The position numbers and the translations under genes were made by a program. DNA of 64,000 bases from the human T2T-CHM13v2.0 reference genome, Homo sapiens, in NCBI RefSeq assembly GCF_009914755.1, contig NC_060938.1; one strand, 5' to 3'. Positions within the stretch are counted from its first letter, which is position 1. Every line of letters starts with the position of its first letter. A model generated the notes under the pieces. That model ran no database searches. It was given only the letters and a program-made list of their open reading frames with translations, and was not told where the DNA came from. This document shows positions 40,900 through 55,500 of this stretch, one piece after another.

Positions 40900-43400
40900 C
40901 CAATACACAGATTAACAGACATTCTATTGTAGTTTACTTCAGTGACTTTTATTACTCTAGAGAATTTAGAAAACCAAACCTAAGAAGTTCATCTCCACCA
41001 GTTTTTGCCTGAAGAGCTATAGGTAACAATACATTACTGCCTCATTGAGATCCACAAATTTTGTTAATTTTCCTGGCCTCCCAGGAAGACCATAGCTACT
41101 TGTGAGGCTGGATGCTTGTTAAGACACCAAAGAGGTGCCAGTTTTTTGGTCAGAGCTTTGTAGGCATTAGTTTCATGTCTGTTCTAAAAGCCTTGCTAGT
41201 AATTTTGGGCTTATCATCCATAGTAAAATCAGAATTACCCTCAATATGACAGCCAAGGTATTGTTGACTGTCTCATTTTCCTATCAGATCCAGATAAAAT
41301 AGGAGAATAGTTTTTCATTGACTTACGCAATATTTACATGGCCATTAAAAAGAAAGATACAGGTTAAAATTATTTTCCTAAATTCTGAGGTAGAGTGAAA
41401 ATGAAATACTATTTTAAAGGTTGTATTTTACTTTCCAAATGCATTATATTTATCATTAAGTTGTATTATGAAGAAAGTAAGAATATTTCATCCCATTCTC
41501 ATCAGAAAATAAAAACAAAATTAAGATATCAATAACACACCCAAACAACCTGCCAACCTTAATGCTGTCTTTTCTGTACTGTCTTTCTTAGTTGAAAACA
41601 CTCTTTCTAGTATGCAGCTATTAGAAAAGCCTTCAGGCAAGCACAAGGAAAAGCAGAAACTACATGTTGATGACAAGACTTGATGGTTGTGGTTTTTTTT
41701 ATGAAAATAAAAATGATATCTGAATAAAGGACAATAAAGCCATCTATTAGATTAAAATACAGAATTATTTCACAAGGATTTTATTGGTGTTTTTCCTGAG
41801 GATGAGCATAATATGGACAGTAAGGGCTTAATAATAAAAAGATAAATTTCTCAATTTTAAAAGGTGCAAATAATCTGAACAGACATTTCTCCAAAGAAGG
41901 TATAAAAATAGTCAATAAGCATATGAAATGGCATTCAAAATTATTAGCCATTAGAGACATGCAGATTATAACTACAATAAAATAGCATTTCTCATCCACT
42001 AAGATGACTACAATAAAAAAGACAGACAATAACAAGTGTTAGTGAGCATGTCGAGAAATTAGGATTCTCATATATTGCTGATGGGAGTGTAAAATATTGA
42101 AGCTACTTTGGATAACAGTTGGTAGTTTCCCAAACTCTTAAATATATGACTAGATATGACCCAGCAATCCTTGCCTTGGGTATACATACTCAAGAGAGGT
42201 GAAAACATATATCCACATAAATACTTGTACACAACTGTTTATAGCAGCATAATTCATAATAGCCCAAAAATGGAAACAACCCAGGGAACTATCAACTGAT
42301 AAATCCATAAATAAACATGGTATATACACAGTGAACTATTGTTTATTAATAAAAAGGAATAAAGTAATGATATGTACTACAAAGTGCATGAATCTTCATC
42401 ACACTAATGAAAGGAGCCAGTCAGAGAGACTCCATATTATAAGATTCCATTGGTATGAAATGTCCAGAATAGAAAAATCTACAGAGAAAGAAGAACTAGT
42501 GCTTACTTAGGACTTGGGTCAGGTGGGAAGGCTTGGGAGAAGTAGGGAGTGAGTGCTGATGGACTGGGGGTTTCATTTTTGGCGTGATGAAAATGTTCAA
42601 CAATCGATTGTGGTGGTTATTGTACAACTACATTAACACACTAGAACCCTTTGAATTATATACTTTAAAAGGGTACATTGTATGGTTATTGACGTATATT
42701 TCAATAAATCTATTTAAAATAATTACAGAAATAAATATGGAACATAAGATAATTCAAAGTAATTCTTTATAGCATAACATCTTTTAAAAAGTCAGCACAA
42801 AGCGTGAAAAGTTATTCTGGTGAATATGGAATATCTACTATCTAGGACATTACACAGAAGGTAACCTTATTATAAACTAATTAAATACTCTGAACCAATT
42901 TTTCATTTAACAGAAATTAAACTGAGTTATTACCTTACACAAATCCATATGTACTTGTATATATTCCAAAATGATATCAGAGAAATAATACATAGATTGT
43001 TTTGAAACAAAATGATCAAAACAGGTCTTCATTTTTTACAGAATTTGGATTTATTATATATTAAAATGATTTTTAACTAGGAATTTCTATGAGTTTTTTT
43101 TAAAGACTAGCATCTTAATAATATTATAATTTTAGCTCCCTTATTTCCTGGGAATTGTGATAAACTAATCAGAACAGAGCTCCTTTGTTTTAAGACATTC
43201 ATTTTTAATTTCTTAGTACCTTCTGGGGGTACTGATTCCTTAGTACCTTCTTAGTATACTTGGGCAACGATGGACAAAGATTATTCTCAATTATATATAC
43301 AAAGGCACACAGAAAACTTGCAGTTTTATTTTTGTAACTTCAGCCACATGTCAGAAGTAGAAATAAATATATATATATAAATTATTGAGTCAACATTCAA
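40900..43400 (-). mobile_element. Possible old ERV1 internal fragments flanking the L1MB
   Basis: General resemblance to MER-group ERV1 internal sequence only; family not determined. Confidence 0.3.
41825..42720 (+). mobile_element. L1MB-type (L1MB7/8-like) 3' end
   Basis: gaacagacatttctccaaagaag...tatgaaatgtccagaatag...gtgatgaaaatgttc...tatttcaataaa. Confidence 0.85.
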
Positions 43401-43960
43401 AAAGATCTGTTTGAAAGAGATTGTAATTAAAATTTTGTATTTTTCTTTGCTTGAACAAAATGATTTTAATACAATAAAATTTGTTAAATAAAATTGATGA
43501 TGAAAAATAAAATTGATGATGAAACAATGTTTTAAATGATTGCCTTCTGAGCAATATTTTATTTAGTATAGACCAAAATTATTTCAGGAGAGAACAAGGC
43601 AGTGTAAGTAATGATGGAAAGTTTCATGAAGAAACTTAGATTGTGCTAGATCCAGGAATGGGGTGGTGATTTGAAGAAGTCATCACGTTCCAGACTAGAG
43701 AAAAGACACACACAGGTAGCTTTCAACTGAGGAAAATAAGTAAAAGATGCTAACTGCATAGAAAATATAGGTTGAAAGTGATGAGAAATAGATAGGAAAG
43801 TTGTTTCCCACCCTTTGAAGTGGCTGTATTCCTAATACTGATTATGCAGAGATAATTTGAAGATGACTGTGAATACTAAACTACATTTGTTAATAGTCCA
43901 CTCAAATCTGTTTTCAACTAACTACAGAGAACAATTACATTAACAATTTCATCCCTTTGA

Positions 43961-45020
43961 TTTTTCTTTTTATTACAGTTTAAGTTCTGGGATGCATGTG
44001 CAGAGGGTACAGGCTTGTCACATAGGTATACATGTGCCATGATGATATGCTACACCCATCAACCCACCATCTACATTAGGTATTTCTCCTAATGGTATCC
44101 TTCCCCTTTCCCCCAACCCCCTGTGGCCCTGGTGTGTGATGTTCCCCTCCCTGTGCCCATATGTTCTCATTGTTCAACTCCCACTTATGAGTGAGAACAA
44201 ATGGTGTTTAGTTTTCTGTTCCTGTGTTAGTTTGCTGAGAACAATGGTTTCCAGCTTCATCCATGTCCCTACAAAGGACATGAACTCATTCTTTTTTATG
44301 GCTGCATAGTATTCCATGGTGTATATGTGCCACATTTTCTTATCCATCTATCATTGATGGACATTTAAGTTGGTTCCAAGTCCTTGCTATTGTGAATAGT
44401 GCCACAATAAACATATGTGTGCGTGTGTCTTTACAGTAGAATGATTTATAAAACCTTGGCTATATACCCAGTAATGGGATGGCTGGGTCAAATGATATTT
44501 CTAGTTCTAGATCCTTGAGGAATCGCTACACTGTCTTCCACAATGGTTGAACTAATTTACATCCCCACCAACAGTGTAAAAGCATTCCTATTTCTCCACA
44601 ACCTCTCCAGCGTCTGTTGCTTCCTGACTTTTTAATCTAATTGTGGTTTTGATTTGCATTTCTCTAATGACCAGTGATGATGAGCTTTTTTTCATATATT
44701 TGCTGGCCACATAAATGTGTTCTTCTGAAAAGTGTCTGTTCATATCCTTTGCCCGCTTTTTGATGGGGCTGTTTGTTTTTTTCTTGTAAATGTGTTTAAG
44801 TTCCTTGAGATTCTGCATATTAGCCCTTTGTCAGATGGACAGATTGCAAAATTTTTCTCCATTCTGTAGATTGCCTGTTCACTCTGATGATAGTTTCTTT
44901 TGCTGTGCAGAAGCTCTTCAGTTCTTTAGATCCCATTTGTCAATTTTGGCTTTTGTTGCAATTGCTTTTGGTATTTTAGTCATGAATTCTTTGCTTATGC
45001 CTATGTCCTGAATGGTATTG
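43961..45020 (-). mobile_element. 5'-truncated L1PA7/8-type
   Basis: taagttctgggatgcatgtgcag...ctacattaggtatttctcctaatg; ORF 44588-44818 is an ORF2p remnant with a short internal deletion near 44636. Confidence 0.92.
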
Positions 45021-45499
45021 GATTTAGAAAGCCAATGTTTAGAGCAACTTTTCTAATCCTTTCTTATTATGACCTTATTATTCTGGTCTTAAAGGGGCTA
45101 CACTTCACTATAAAAGGTCTTTTTTACTGGCAATCAATAAATACTAATTGAACAATAGGTTTAATTAAGGTTTAATTAGGAAGGCAGGTGCTTTGATTCC
45201 TGTGTACCCTATTTACAAAGATTTACTGGTAGTACCCAGTTTTCTCCTTAATTTCTTGACATAGAGAGTTTGAATTTATTTCTTAAATCATATTCTGTAG
45301 AAAGAAGCATCAATTTATTTTATTAATAAACTGTTGGCCTTATTTCTTGAGTATTAGTTCTGGCCTGGCCTTGTTAGGTTAAGAGAATCTTTGTCTTCTT
45401 GGGCCTGTCTTGACAATTCGTGCTTCTAATTACTGCTCCCCCCACTTTGTATTTTGTCACAACTAACCTACAGAAATGCCATATTCAGTCAACATCAAA

Positions 45500-45785
45500 A
45501 CATGTCTTTTTCATTGTTGGGTATATGTTAGACAAATGGACAAATTGGACGGCATCTTTAGTGTTGGGTGGTGGGTGGTGAATCTAATAGTTGGGACACT
45601 TACTGTGAAACACTTCTGAGACGGAATAACATTTAAGCTTTGGTATGAAGAAAGAGAAAGAGTATTGCTGGTTAAGAGAGGGCAGAAGAGCATTTTAGAT
45701 TAGAAGAACAGCATGGAAAAACATCCATCGAAAAAAGCATGGATGGCACTTGAAGAACTAAAAAAAAGTCTATTCCAATAATAAC
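45500..45785 (-). mobile_element. L2 relic
   Basis: taacatttaagctt...gaagagcattttagattagaagaacagcatg. Confidence 0.5.
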
Positions 45786-45789
45786 AAAG

Positions 45790-48710
45790 TAGTCTACAGA
45801 TGTCCATTATATCCAGTTGATTAATAGTGTTGTTGAGTTCAACTAGGTCCTTACTGATTTTCTGCCTTCTGGATCTGTTTATTTCTGATAAACAGGTGTT
45901 GAAGTCTCCAACTATAATAATGAATTAATATATTTCTTCTTGCCATCCTATCAGTTTTTGTTTCTGCAAAACAGATGCTCTGTTTTCAGGTACATGCATG
46001 TTAATAATTGTTATATTTTTCATGGAGAATTTGCCCTTTATTATTGTGTAATGCCCCTCTTTATATGTAATTAATATCCTTGGTCTGAAGTTTACTCTTT
46101 GAAATCAATATAGCTACTCTTGCTTTCTTTGGATTAGTACTAACATGATGTATGGATCTCCACTTATTTACTTTTAATCTTCACCTGGTTTTGTATTTAA
46201 AGTGGGTTTCTTGTCTAGATGCGGTGGCTCACTGGAATCTATAATCACAGTGCTTTGGGAAGTTGAGGCAGGAAGATCACTTGAAATAAGGAGTTTGAGA
46301 GCGGTTGGGCAACATAGGGAGACCTCATCTCTACTAAAAATAAAAATACTTAGCCAGGTGTGGCGGTGCATGCCTGTGGCCCCAGCTACTCTGGAGGCTG
46401 AGGTGGGAGGATCCCTTGAATGCAAGAGATCAAAGCTGCACTCCAGCCTGAGTGCCACTGAGTGCCACTGCACTCCAGCCTGGGTGACAGAGTGAGACCT
46501 TGTCTCATAAATAAAAATAAATATAAATAAATAAATAAATAAATAAAATGAAGTGGATGTCTTGTAGACAACACGTAATTGGATCTTGTTTCTTGATCCA
46601 CTTTGTTAATTTCTGTTTTCTAATGGTTACATGTAGATCATTGATGTCCAGTGTGAGTATTGTTATAGTTGGATTAATATCTATCATATTTGTTAGTGTT
46701 TTCTATTTGTTGCCCTTATTATACTCTTTTAATTTCATTTTTTAGAGTTTTCTCTAGAGTGTGCGATATACTTTTACAACTACTCCAAGATGTTGTAGTG
46801 TTTCACAGAACACTGTACCAACTTCACAAGTAGTGTGAGTTTTATATTTCTATTTTATACCCCCTTCTCTTTTCCCTTCCTCCGTCTCCCCCATGTTCCT
46901 ATTCTTCCTCCCCTCCCTTCCCTCTATTTTCTCTCCCTTGTGAGTTTTTTATAATGACAAAATAATTCTAATTCTTCTCTCCTGTTCCTTACATCATTGC
47001 TGTCATTCATTTCACACACATATATATATGCATAGATTATTGAACAGATTTTTGCTATTATTATTTTTAAAAGTTATCTGTTAGATCAATTAAGAACAAG
47101 AAAAATTAAAATTTTTATTTTATCTTCTGTTTTATTTCCTTCTTTATGGAGAGGTGCATTTCTGGCCTTTATTATTTTCTTTCTCTCTAAAGAATTTATT
47201 TTTAACATTTCTTTTATGGAAAGTCTACTGGCAACAAATTTCCTCAATGTTTGTTTGTCTGAGGGAGTCCTTATTTCTGCTTCATTTTTGAAGGATAATT
47301 TCATAGAGTACAGTATTCTATGTTTTTTTCTTTCTCTGTCAACACTATACATATTTCTCTTTAATTTCTTCTTGCTTGCATGTTTTCTGAGAAGCTAAAT
47401 GTAATTTCTTATCTTTCCTCTTCTAGAGGTAAGATGTTTTTTATCCTCTGGTATTTTCCAAACTTTGTCTCTTTATTCTGTAGCTTGAAAATGATACACC
47501 TAAGTATGGTGTTTTTGACATATGTACTGCTTGGTTTTTTCTGAGCTTCCTGGATCTGTGATTTGGTGTCTAAACATAATTTGGGAAAAATCTCAGTGAT
47601 TGTGGTTTCAAATATTTACTATCTTTCTTTCTCTTTTTTATTCTTTTTCTAGAATTCCTGTGACACACATGTTATACCATTTGTAATTATTTCTCAGTTT
47701 GGGGTTGTTTTGTTCTTTTTAAAAGTATTATTTTTGTCTAAGCTTTTTAATGTGGGAAGTTTTTTTTTTTTTTTTTTGAGATAGCCTCAAGCTCAGATTC
47801 TTTCCTCCGCTGTGTCCAGTCTATGGGTAAGCCCATGAAGGTAATTCTTTATTTCTGTTACAATGTTTTGAATCTCTAGCATTTATGTTTGTTTCTTTAT
47901 TAAAATTTTTATATCTCTGCTTACATTGTCTCTGTTCTTGCATGTTGCCTGTCCATTAGAGCTCTGAGCATCTTAATCATAGTTGTTTTAATTTCCCAGC
48001 CTGAGAATTCCAACATACCTGACAATTGAGTCGCATTCTGCTGCTTGCTCTGTCTCTTCATAGGTATTTTTTTTTCTTCCCTTTTAGTTAGCTTTGTACT
48101 TTGTACTTGATAACTGGACATGATGTGCTAGGTAAATAGAAATGCTATGAATAGACTGTTAGTGACATGGTGGCAATGGATAGGAGTGGAGAAGCCTTCT
48201 ATAATCCTAGGAGTAGAACTGTATTTTACGAGCTTGTACCTCTGAACTGAGAGCTTCTCACATGCTTCTTAGTTCACTTCTGCCACTCTATAAGACAGGA
48301 TGACTAGAGGGGTCCACAGTTGGGTATTTCTCTTCCTCCAGGTCACTTAGACTCTGATGAAACTTAGAGGTTAGGATTTGGCTAAATTCCTTCTTCTGAG
48401 AGAAGACCTTATTAGAAGAGCCAGATGCTCTGACACATTTCAAAATGTTTATTTTCATCTTTCTCCTGCTGGAAGCACCAAGAGTTTTCTCTAGTGTTTA
48501 CTATGAGAACCTAGATAAACTCCGGGGGGTAAAATACAAAAGGGTAAGGGCCCCTGATGACTAGGTTCCTTTGGAGTTTTTAACTCTCAAACTTCATGCT
48601 GAGCCTCCAGCAATTTATCAGTCATAACTGAGGTTTTCCTATATAGATAGTGGTTCCTTCTGAGGTTTGTGGGCTTGGTTTCTGCTCTAGCAAGCTGTGA
48701 TTCTCTGCAT
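45790..48710 (-). mobile_element. L1M (L1MD-like) 5'UTR-ORF1-start of ORF2, interrupted by AluJ
   Basis: ORF 47086-47352 RILYSMKLSFKNEAEIRTPSDKQTLRKFV matches ORF1p C-terminal domain; ORF 46505-46687 ITILTLDINDL...WIKKQDPITCCLQD matches the ORF2 endonuclease start. Confidence 0.85.
46214..46548 (+). mobile_element. AluJ-type Alu with (TAAA)n tail and internal micro-duplication
   Basis: Dimer structure; degenerate TSD taaagtgggtttcttg / tgaagtggatgtcttg. Confidence 0.9.
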
Positions 48711-49224
48711 CCCATCATGAAACCAGAAATTCAATGACATTTTGATTCTAAATCCTTTTCTATGACTTAATGTATTTTAATGTATTTCCTCTATGTATTT
48801 TGGAATATTCACATATACTTTATTTTATTTCCTTTAATTCTGGAAATGTTAAATTATTACTTATATACTTATTTTCTATTTCAAAAAATCATGCTAACTG
48901 CATGTTAATTATCTGGGTCTTAGCCTTTTCCTTTTTTATTCTTCCCTTCCTGTTTAGCATTCATTGCCATTTCATTCTATTTCCTGGATAAATACTTAAC
49001 TGTATCTTCAACTCTTCTTTTAATTTCATCTATTGTAATTCATGGTACTATTTTTTCCAGTTTGCTTTTTATATATATTTCAATTTTTGATTTGTGAATC
49101 AATTTAAACAGGGAACAAAATTCTTAATTACCTTGGCTTTTAATGGGGGACTAAAATATCTCACTGTTTTATATAGAGACCATTAACCAAACTTTATTTA
49201 TGTTTAATAACTAAATATATCATT

Positions 49225-49287
49225 TACATATATATATCATATACATATGATATACACACACACAAACACACACACACACATACACAT
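49225..49287. repeat. (TA)/(CA)n microsatellite
   Basis: Direct reading. Confidence 0.85.
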
Positions 49288-49510
49288 CCCATTTACATTC
49301 CTTCCCTTCAAGTGATATATGCCATCACATTTCCAATATTTCTTAAGTAGTATGTGGGCTAATTGGCTATATTCTTGTGATCTTTCAAGTTTGTTGTGGC
49401 TACTTCTCTTGTTTCAATTGTAACTAATGTGTTGGAATAGCTACTGTTATCTCTCCAAATATTTTTGTCTTTTTGTGTTGATTCTTTGTTTCATCTCTTT
49501 ACCATAATTT

Positions 49511-52500
49511 AAAAAATAGATTTGTGGGCACACTGCAGTTTTGTTACATGGATATATTGCAAAGTGGTGAAGTCTGGTCTTTTAGTGTATCTATCACCTG
49601 AATAGTGTACATTGTACTCAGTAGATAATTTCTCATCCCTCATGCCCCTCCTAAACCTCCTATATTTTTAAGTGTACAGTATCTATTATTCCACTCTGTA
49701 TGTCCATGAGCACACATTATTTAGCTCCAACTTTTAAGTGAGAATATGTGGTACTTGGCTGTGTTTTTGAGTTATTTTACTTAAGATAATAGCCTCCAGT
49801 TCTGTCCATATTGCTGCAAAAGGCAAGGTTTTATTCTTTTGTATATCCATATAGTATTCCATAGTATAAATGCATCACATTTTAATCGAATTATCCATTG
49901 GTGGACACTTAGTTTGACTTTGCTATAGTAAATAGTGCTGTGATAAACATACCAGTGCAGGTGTCACTTTTATATGATTATTGATTTTCCCTTGGGTAGA
50001 TATCCAGTAGTGGGATTGTTGGATCAAATGGTAGTTCCATTTTTAGCTGTTTGAGAAATCTTTGTATTCTTTTCCTTAGAGGTTATACTAAATTGTATAA
50101 CCAATAATGTATAAGTGTTCCCTTTACATTCATATTAACATCTATTGATTTTGATTTTTTAATAACCATTCTGATTCACGAAAGATGTTATCTCATTGTG
50201 GTTTTAATTTGCATTTCTCCGATGACTAGTGTATTAGTTCATTCTTGCATTGCTATAAAGAAATACCTGAGACTGGATAATTTTTATAGAAAATAGGTTT
50301 AATTGGTCACAGTTCTGCAGACTGTCCAGGAAGCATGGCATCATCTTCTGGGGAGGTCTCAGGGAGCTTTTACTCATGGCAGAAGGCAAAGTGAGAGCAG
50401 GCATCTCATGGCCAGAGCAGGAGAAAGAGAGAGAGAGAGGTGAGATTCCACACACTTTTAAACAACCAGATCTCATGAGAACTCATTATGGTCACTAGAG
50501 TGCCAAGAACGATGGTGTTAAACCAGGAGAGATAGCCTTCATGATCCAATCACCTTCCACCAGGCCCCTCCTCCAAGATTAGGAATTACAATTCTACATG
50601 AGGTTTGGGTGGAGACACATATCTGAAACATATCAACTACTGATGTTGAGCCTTTTTTCATATGTTCACTGACCACCTGTATGTTATTGAAAAATGTCCA
50701 CTTTTTGATAGGGTTATTTGTTTTTTTTTTTTATTTTTCATGCTGATTTCTTTGGCATTCTTTTAGATGCTGGAAATTAGTCCTTTGTTGAATGCATAGT
50801 TTCCAAATATGTTCTCCCATTCTGTAGGTTGTCTGATACTGTTGATTGTGTGTTTTGCTATGCAGAAGATTTTTAGTTTAACTAAGACCCATTTGTCTAT
50901 TTTTGTTTTTGTTGCATTTGCTTTTGAGGTCTTAGTCATAAATTATTTTCGTAGGCCAAATCCCAGAGTTTTTTTTCTAGGTTTTCTTCTAGAATTTTTA
51001 TAGTTTCAGGTCTTATATTTAAATATTTAATCTATCTTGAATTAAATTTTAAATATGGTGAGAGATATGGATCCAGTTTTATTCTTCTGCATGTGGCTAT
51101 CCTATTATTCTAGCACCATTTATCAAATAGATTCCCATTTCCATGGTGTATTTGTATTGACTTTATTGATAACCAGTTAGTTGTAGATATTGGCTTCATT
51201 TCTGAGTTCCTTATTCTGTTCTATTGATCCATGTGTCTATTTTTATACCAGTACCATACTGTTTTGGTTACTGTAGTCTATAGTATAATTTGAAGTTAGG
51301 TAACATCATGCCCCCAGCTTTGCTCTTTTTGCTTAGAATTGCTTTGGCTATTTAGGCTCTTTTTTATTTCCTTGTGAATTTTAGTTTTCTGTTTGTTTGT
51401 TTTTAATTCTGTGAGCATTCATATTGGTCATTTCAGAGTAATTTCATTGGATCTGTAGATTGCTTTGGTTAGCATATTCATCTTAACAATACTGATTCTT
51501 CCATTCCATGATCATGGAATGCTTTTTGACTTGTTTGTATCATCTACAATTTCCTTCAAGCATTTTATAGTTTTAATTGTACAGATCTTCACCTCCTGGG
51601 TTAAATATATCCTGAGATATTTTATTTTTTGTAGCTATTATAAATGGAGCAGAGTTATTGATTTAGTTCTCAGTTTGATTGTCATTGGTGTATAGACATG
51701 CTACTGAATTTTGTATGTTGCTTTGCATTATAGAACTTAATTAAGTCAATTTTCAAATGTCAAAGTCTTTGAGAAGAATCTTCAGGGTTTTCAAGGTATA
51801 CAATTATATCATGAATAAATAGAGACAAATTGAGTTCCTCCTTTCCAATTTGGATATTTTTAATTTTTTTCTTGCCTGATTGTTCTTGCTAGGTTTTCCA
51901 GTACAATGTATAATAGAAGTATGAAAGTGGGCATCTTTGTCTTATTCCAGTTCTTAGAGGGAAAGCTTTCAACTTTTCCCTGTTCAGTATGATATTGGCT
52001 GTGGTTTGTTAGACATGGCTCTTATTATTCTGAAGTATGTTTCTTCCATTCCTAGTTTGTTGAAAGTTTTTTAAATTTTATTTAATTTTATTATTTTTTT
52101 AATCAGGAAGGAGTGCTAAATCTAACTGAATACTTTCTTTGCATCTATTGAAATGATTATATGATGCTTGTTTTTAATTATGTTTATGGGTTGAATCACA
52201 TTTATTGATTTGCATATATTGAATTATCCTGCAATAAAACCTACTTGATTATAATATAATAACTTTTTGATGTGCTGTTGGATTTGGTTTTCTAGTATTC
52301 TGTTCAGAATTTTTGTGCCTGTGTTCATCAGGGATACCAGCCTGTAGTATTTTATTTTTGTTGTGTCATTGCCTGGCTTTAATATCAAGATGATATGAGC
52401 TTTGTAGAATGGGGTATGGAGGATTTCCTCTTTTTTGATTTTTTTGAAACAGTTTCAGTAGGATTTGTACCAGTTGGTTGTACATCTATAGAAATTGGCT

Positions 52501-55500
52501 GTGAATCCATCTGTTCCTGGGCGTGGGGTGGGGGAGGGATTTTTTTTTTTAATTGGGGTGGGGGGAGATTTGTTTTTTAATTACTGTTTCCATCTTACTA
52601 CTCATTATTTGTCTACTCAAGTTTTCTATTTCTTTCTGGTTCAGTCCTGGGAGGTTGGATGTTTCCAGGAATTTATCAAATTCCTCTAGGTTTTCTTGTT
52701 TGTGCATGTAGAAATGCTCATAGCAGTCTCTGATGATCTTTTTTGTTTCTGTTGTATAAGTTGTAATGTCTTGTTTTTCAACTTTGATTGTGCTTATTTG
52801 AATCTTCTCCCTTTTTTTCTTGGTTAATCTAGCAAGCATCCTAGCAAATTTGTTTATCTTTTTAAGTAACATACTTATCATTTTGTTGATTATTTGTATT
52901 TTTCATCTCAATTTTATTGAATTTTTCTCTGTTCTTTGTTATATCTTTTCTTCCGCAAATTTTGGGCTTGTTATGTTCTTATTTTTCTATTTCCTTGAGG
53001 TGTAATGTGAACTTGTTGTCTTGTGATCTTTTCTATCCTTTCAATGTAGGCATTTATTACTATAAACTCTTAGCACTGTTTTTGCCATACCCCAAAGGTT
53101 TTGGTTGTGTTTCTATTTTCATTTGTTTCAGTTTTTAAAATTTTCTTCTTAATTTTGTCATTGACCCAAAGATCATTCAAGAGCAGGTTGTTTAATTTCT
53201 AAGTGTTTTTGTAGTTTTGATTGTTTCTCTTGGTATTGATTTCTAAGTATTATTCCACTGTGGTTGAAGAAGATAGTTGATATGATTTTTATTTTGTAAA
53301 ATGTGTTGATACTTGTTTTTGGCTGAATATATGGTCTATTTTGGAAAATGTTCTATATGCTGATGAGAAAAATGTATATTCTGTTGTTGGGAACAATGTT
53401 CTGTAAATGTCTGTTAGGTTCATTTGGTCTAGCATCCAATTTAAGTACTCTGTTTCCTTGTTAGTTTTTTGCCTTGACGGTCTCTCTAGTGCATCAGTGG
53501 GGTGTTGAAGTCCACCACTATTATTGTGTTGCTCTCCATATATTTTATTAGGTCTAGTAACATTTCTTTATGAATCCAGGTGCTCTGGTATTGGTTGCAT
53601 ATATATTTAGGGTTGTTTTTTTTTTTTTTTGCTGCATTGATCTCTTTCTCATTATATAATTATCTTCTGTGTCTTGTTTTAATGTTGTTGATTTAAAGTC
53701 TGTTTTGTCTATTATCAGTGTAGCTACTCCTGCTCACTTTTGGTTCCCATATGTATGATATATTTTTTTCCACCCGAGTCTATAAGTGTCATTACTAGTT
53801 ATGCGGGCTTCTTGTAAGCAGCATATGGTTGAATCTTTTTTAAAAAAAAATCCATTCTGCTCATCTATAGTGTAGGATTTAGCCCATTTGTGATCAAGGT
53901 TAATATTTATATGTGACTTATTGTTTCTGTCATAATGTTAAGTGTTACCTAGTTGTTTTGTACTGTATACGTGTATGTGCTATATAAGACCTGTGAGTTT
54001 TCTACTTTCATTTTTTTTTATGACAGTGACTATTAACCTTCCGTTTCCATGTTTAGACGTCCTTTGATCATTTATTGTAGGGCTGATCTAGCGGTGATGA
54101 ATTCCCTTAGCATTCGCTTGTTTGGAAGACTATTTATCCTCCATTTATGAAGCTTAGTTTAGAAGGATACAAAATTCTTGGCTTATCTATATCTATATCT
54201 ATATTTGATTTTAAAGGACTGAAAATAGGATCCTAATTTCTTCAGATTTGTAAGGTTTCTGCAGAGAAGTGCACTGTTAGTCTTTTGGGATTTATTTTAT
54301 AGGTAATTACATCCTCATGTGTTGCTGGTTCAGGACTTTTTCTTTCACATTCAGTTTAGAAAGCCTGATGACTATGTGCCTTGGTGAAGTTTGTCTTGCA
54401 ATGTATTTTTCAGTAGGTTTTTGAGTTTCTTGTATCTTGATATTTAAATCTCTGGCAGCACTAGTGAATTTTTCTTCAGTTATTCCCTCAAATAGGAAAT
54501 ATTTGAGGAAAATCTCAAATAGGTTTTCCAGACATTTTACTTTTTCTTCTTCTCTCTCAGAAATACCCATGACTCATAGTTTTGAACACTTTACATGATT
54601 CTTTCTCAAAGACTTTGTTCATTTTTAAAAATTATCTTTTCCTTATTTTATCTAACTGAATTAATTCAAAAGACCTGTCTTTAAGTTCTGAAATAATTTA
54701 TTTTATTTGGTCTAGGCTATTATTAAAGCTTTCAACTGTATTTTGTAATTCCTTCAATGAATGTTTTATTTCCAGAAACTCTGTTCATTTTTTTAAGTCA
54801 TTTTAGTAAATTTTTCATTTATATATTGAATTGTTTTTTCTGATTTCTTTGTGTTGGTTTTCAACTTTCTCTCTGATCTAATTGAGTTCCCTTACAAGCC
54901 GTAGTTTGAATTATTTATTTGGCATTTCAGAATTTCCATTTCTGATAGAATTCATTGTTAGAGAGCTGTTATGGTTATTTAGAGGTGTTGTAACATCTTG
55001 TTTTGTCACACTGCCAGAATTATTACACTGTGTTTTATCATCTGGAGAAGCTATCACTTGTTAGGTTTGAATTTACTTTTGGTCAGTTGGTTCCTCTTCC
55101 CTCCCAAAGGGTGTGTAGGTTGTATATTACCATTTAGCTTTTATTCCAGGTGCTTTCAGGGTGCTGAGGCTCATTATGAGTTCCTTGGTTGTAGAAGCTT
55201 TTGTATAGTGACCTTCTCAAATCTCAGTTGTAGTAGTGATGCACTGGTTGTATGAGCAGACTGACTACCTTCCACAAGACTGAGATTGCGGAGCTCAGGA
55301 AGCTTATCTTACACCCAGTGCTGTGCACTTTTGTTAGCAGGTTTTTTATTGGGTTATGTAGTTCTACCTCCAGGCCAGTAGGTGGTGTTTATGGGTAAAA
55401 GCTGTAGCAGAAGCAAATCGGTATACTGTTCCATCTTTGTTTATGAGAAGGACCTCTCTGTTGTCTCAGGCAGTGGGGTGTTCTGTGGAATGCATGCCTG

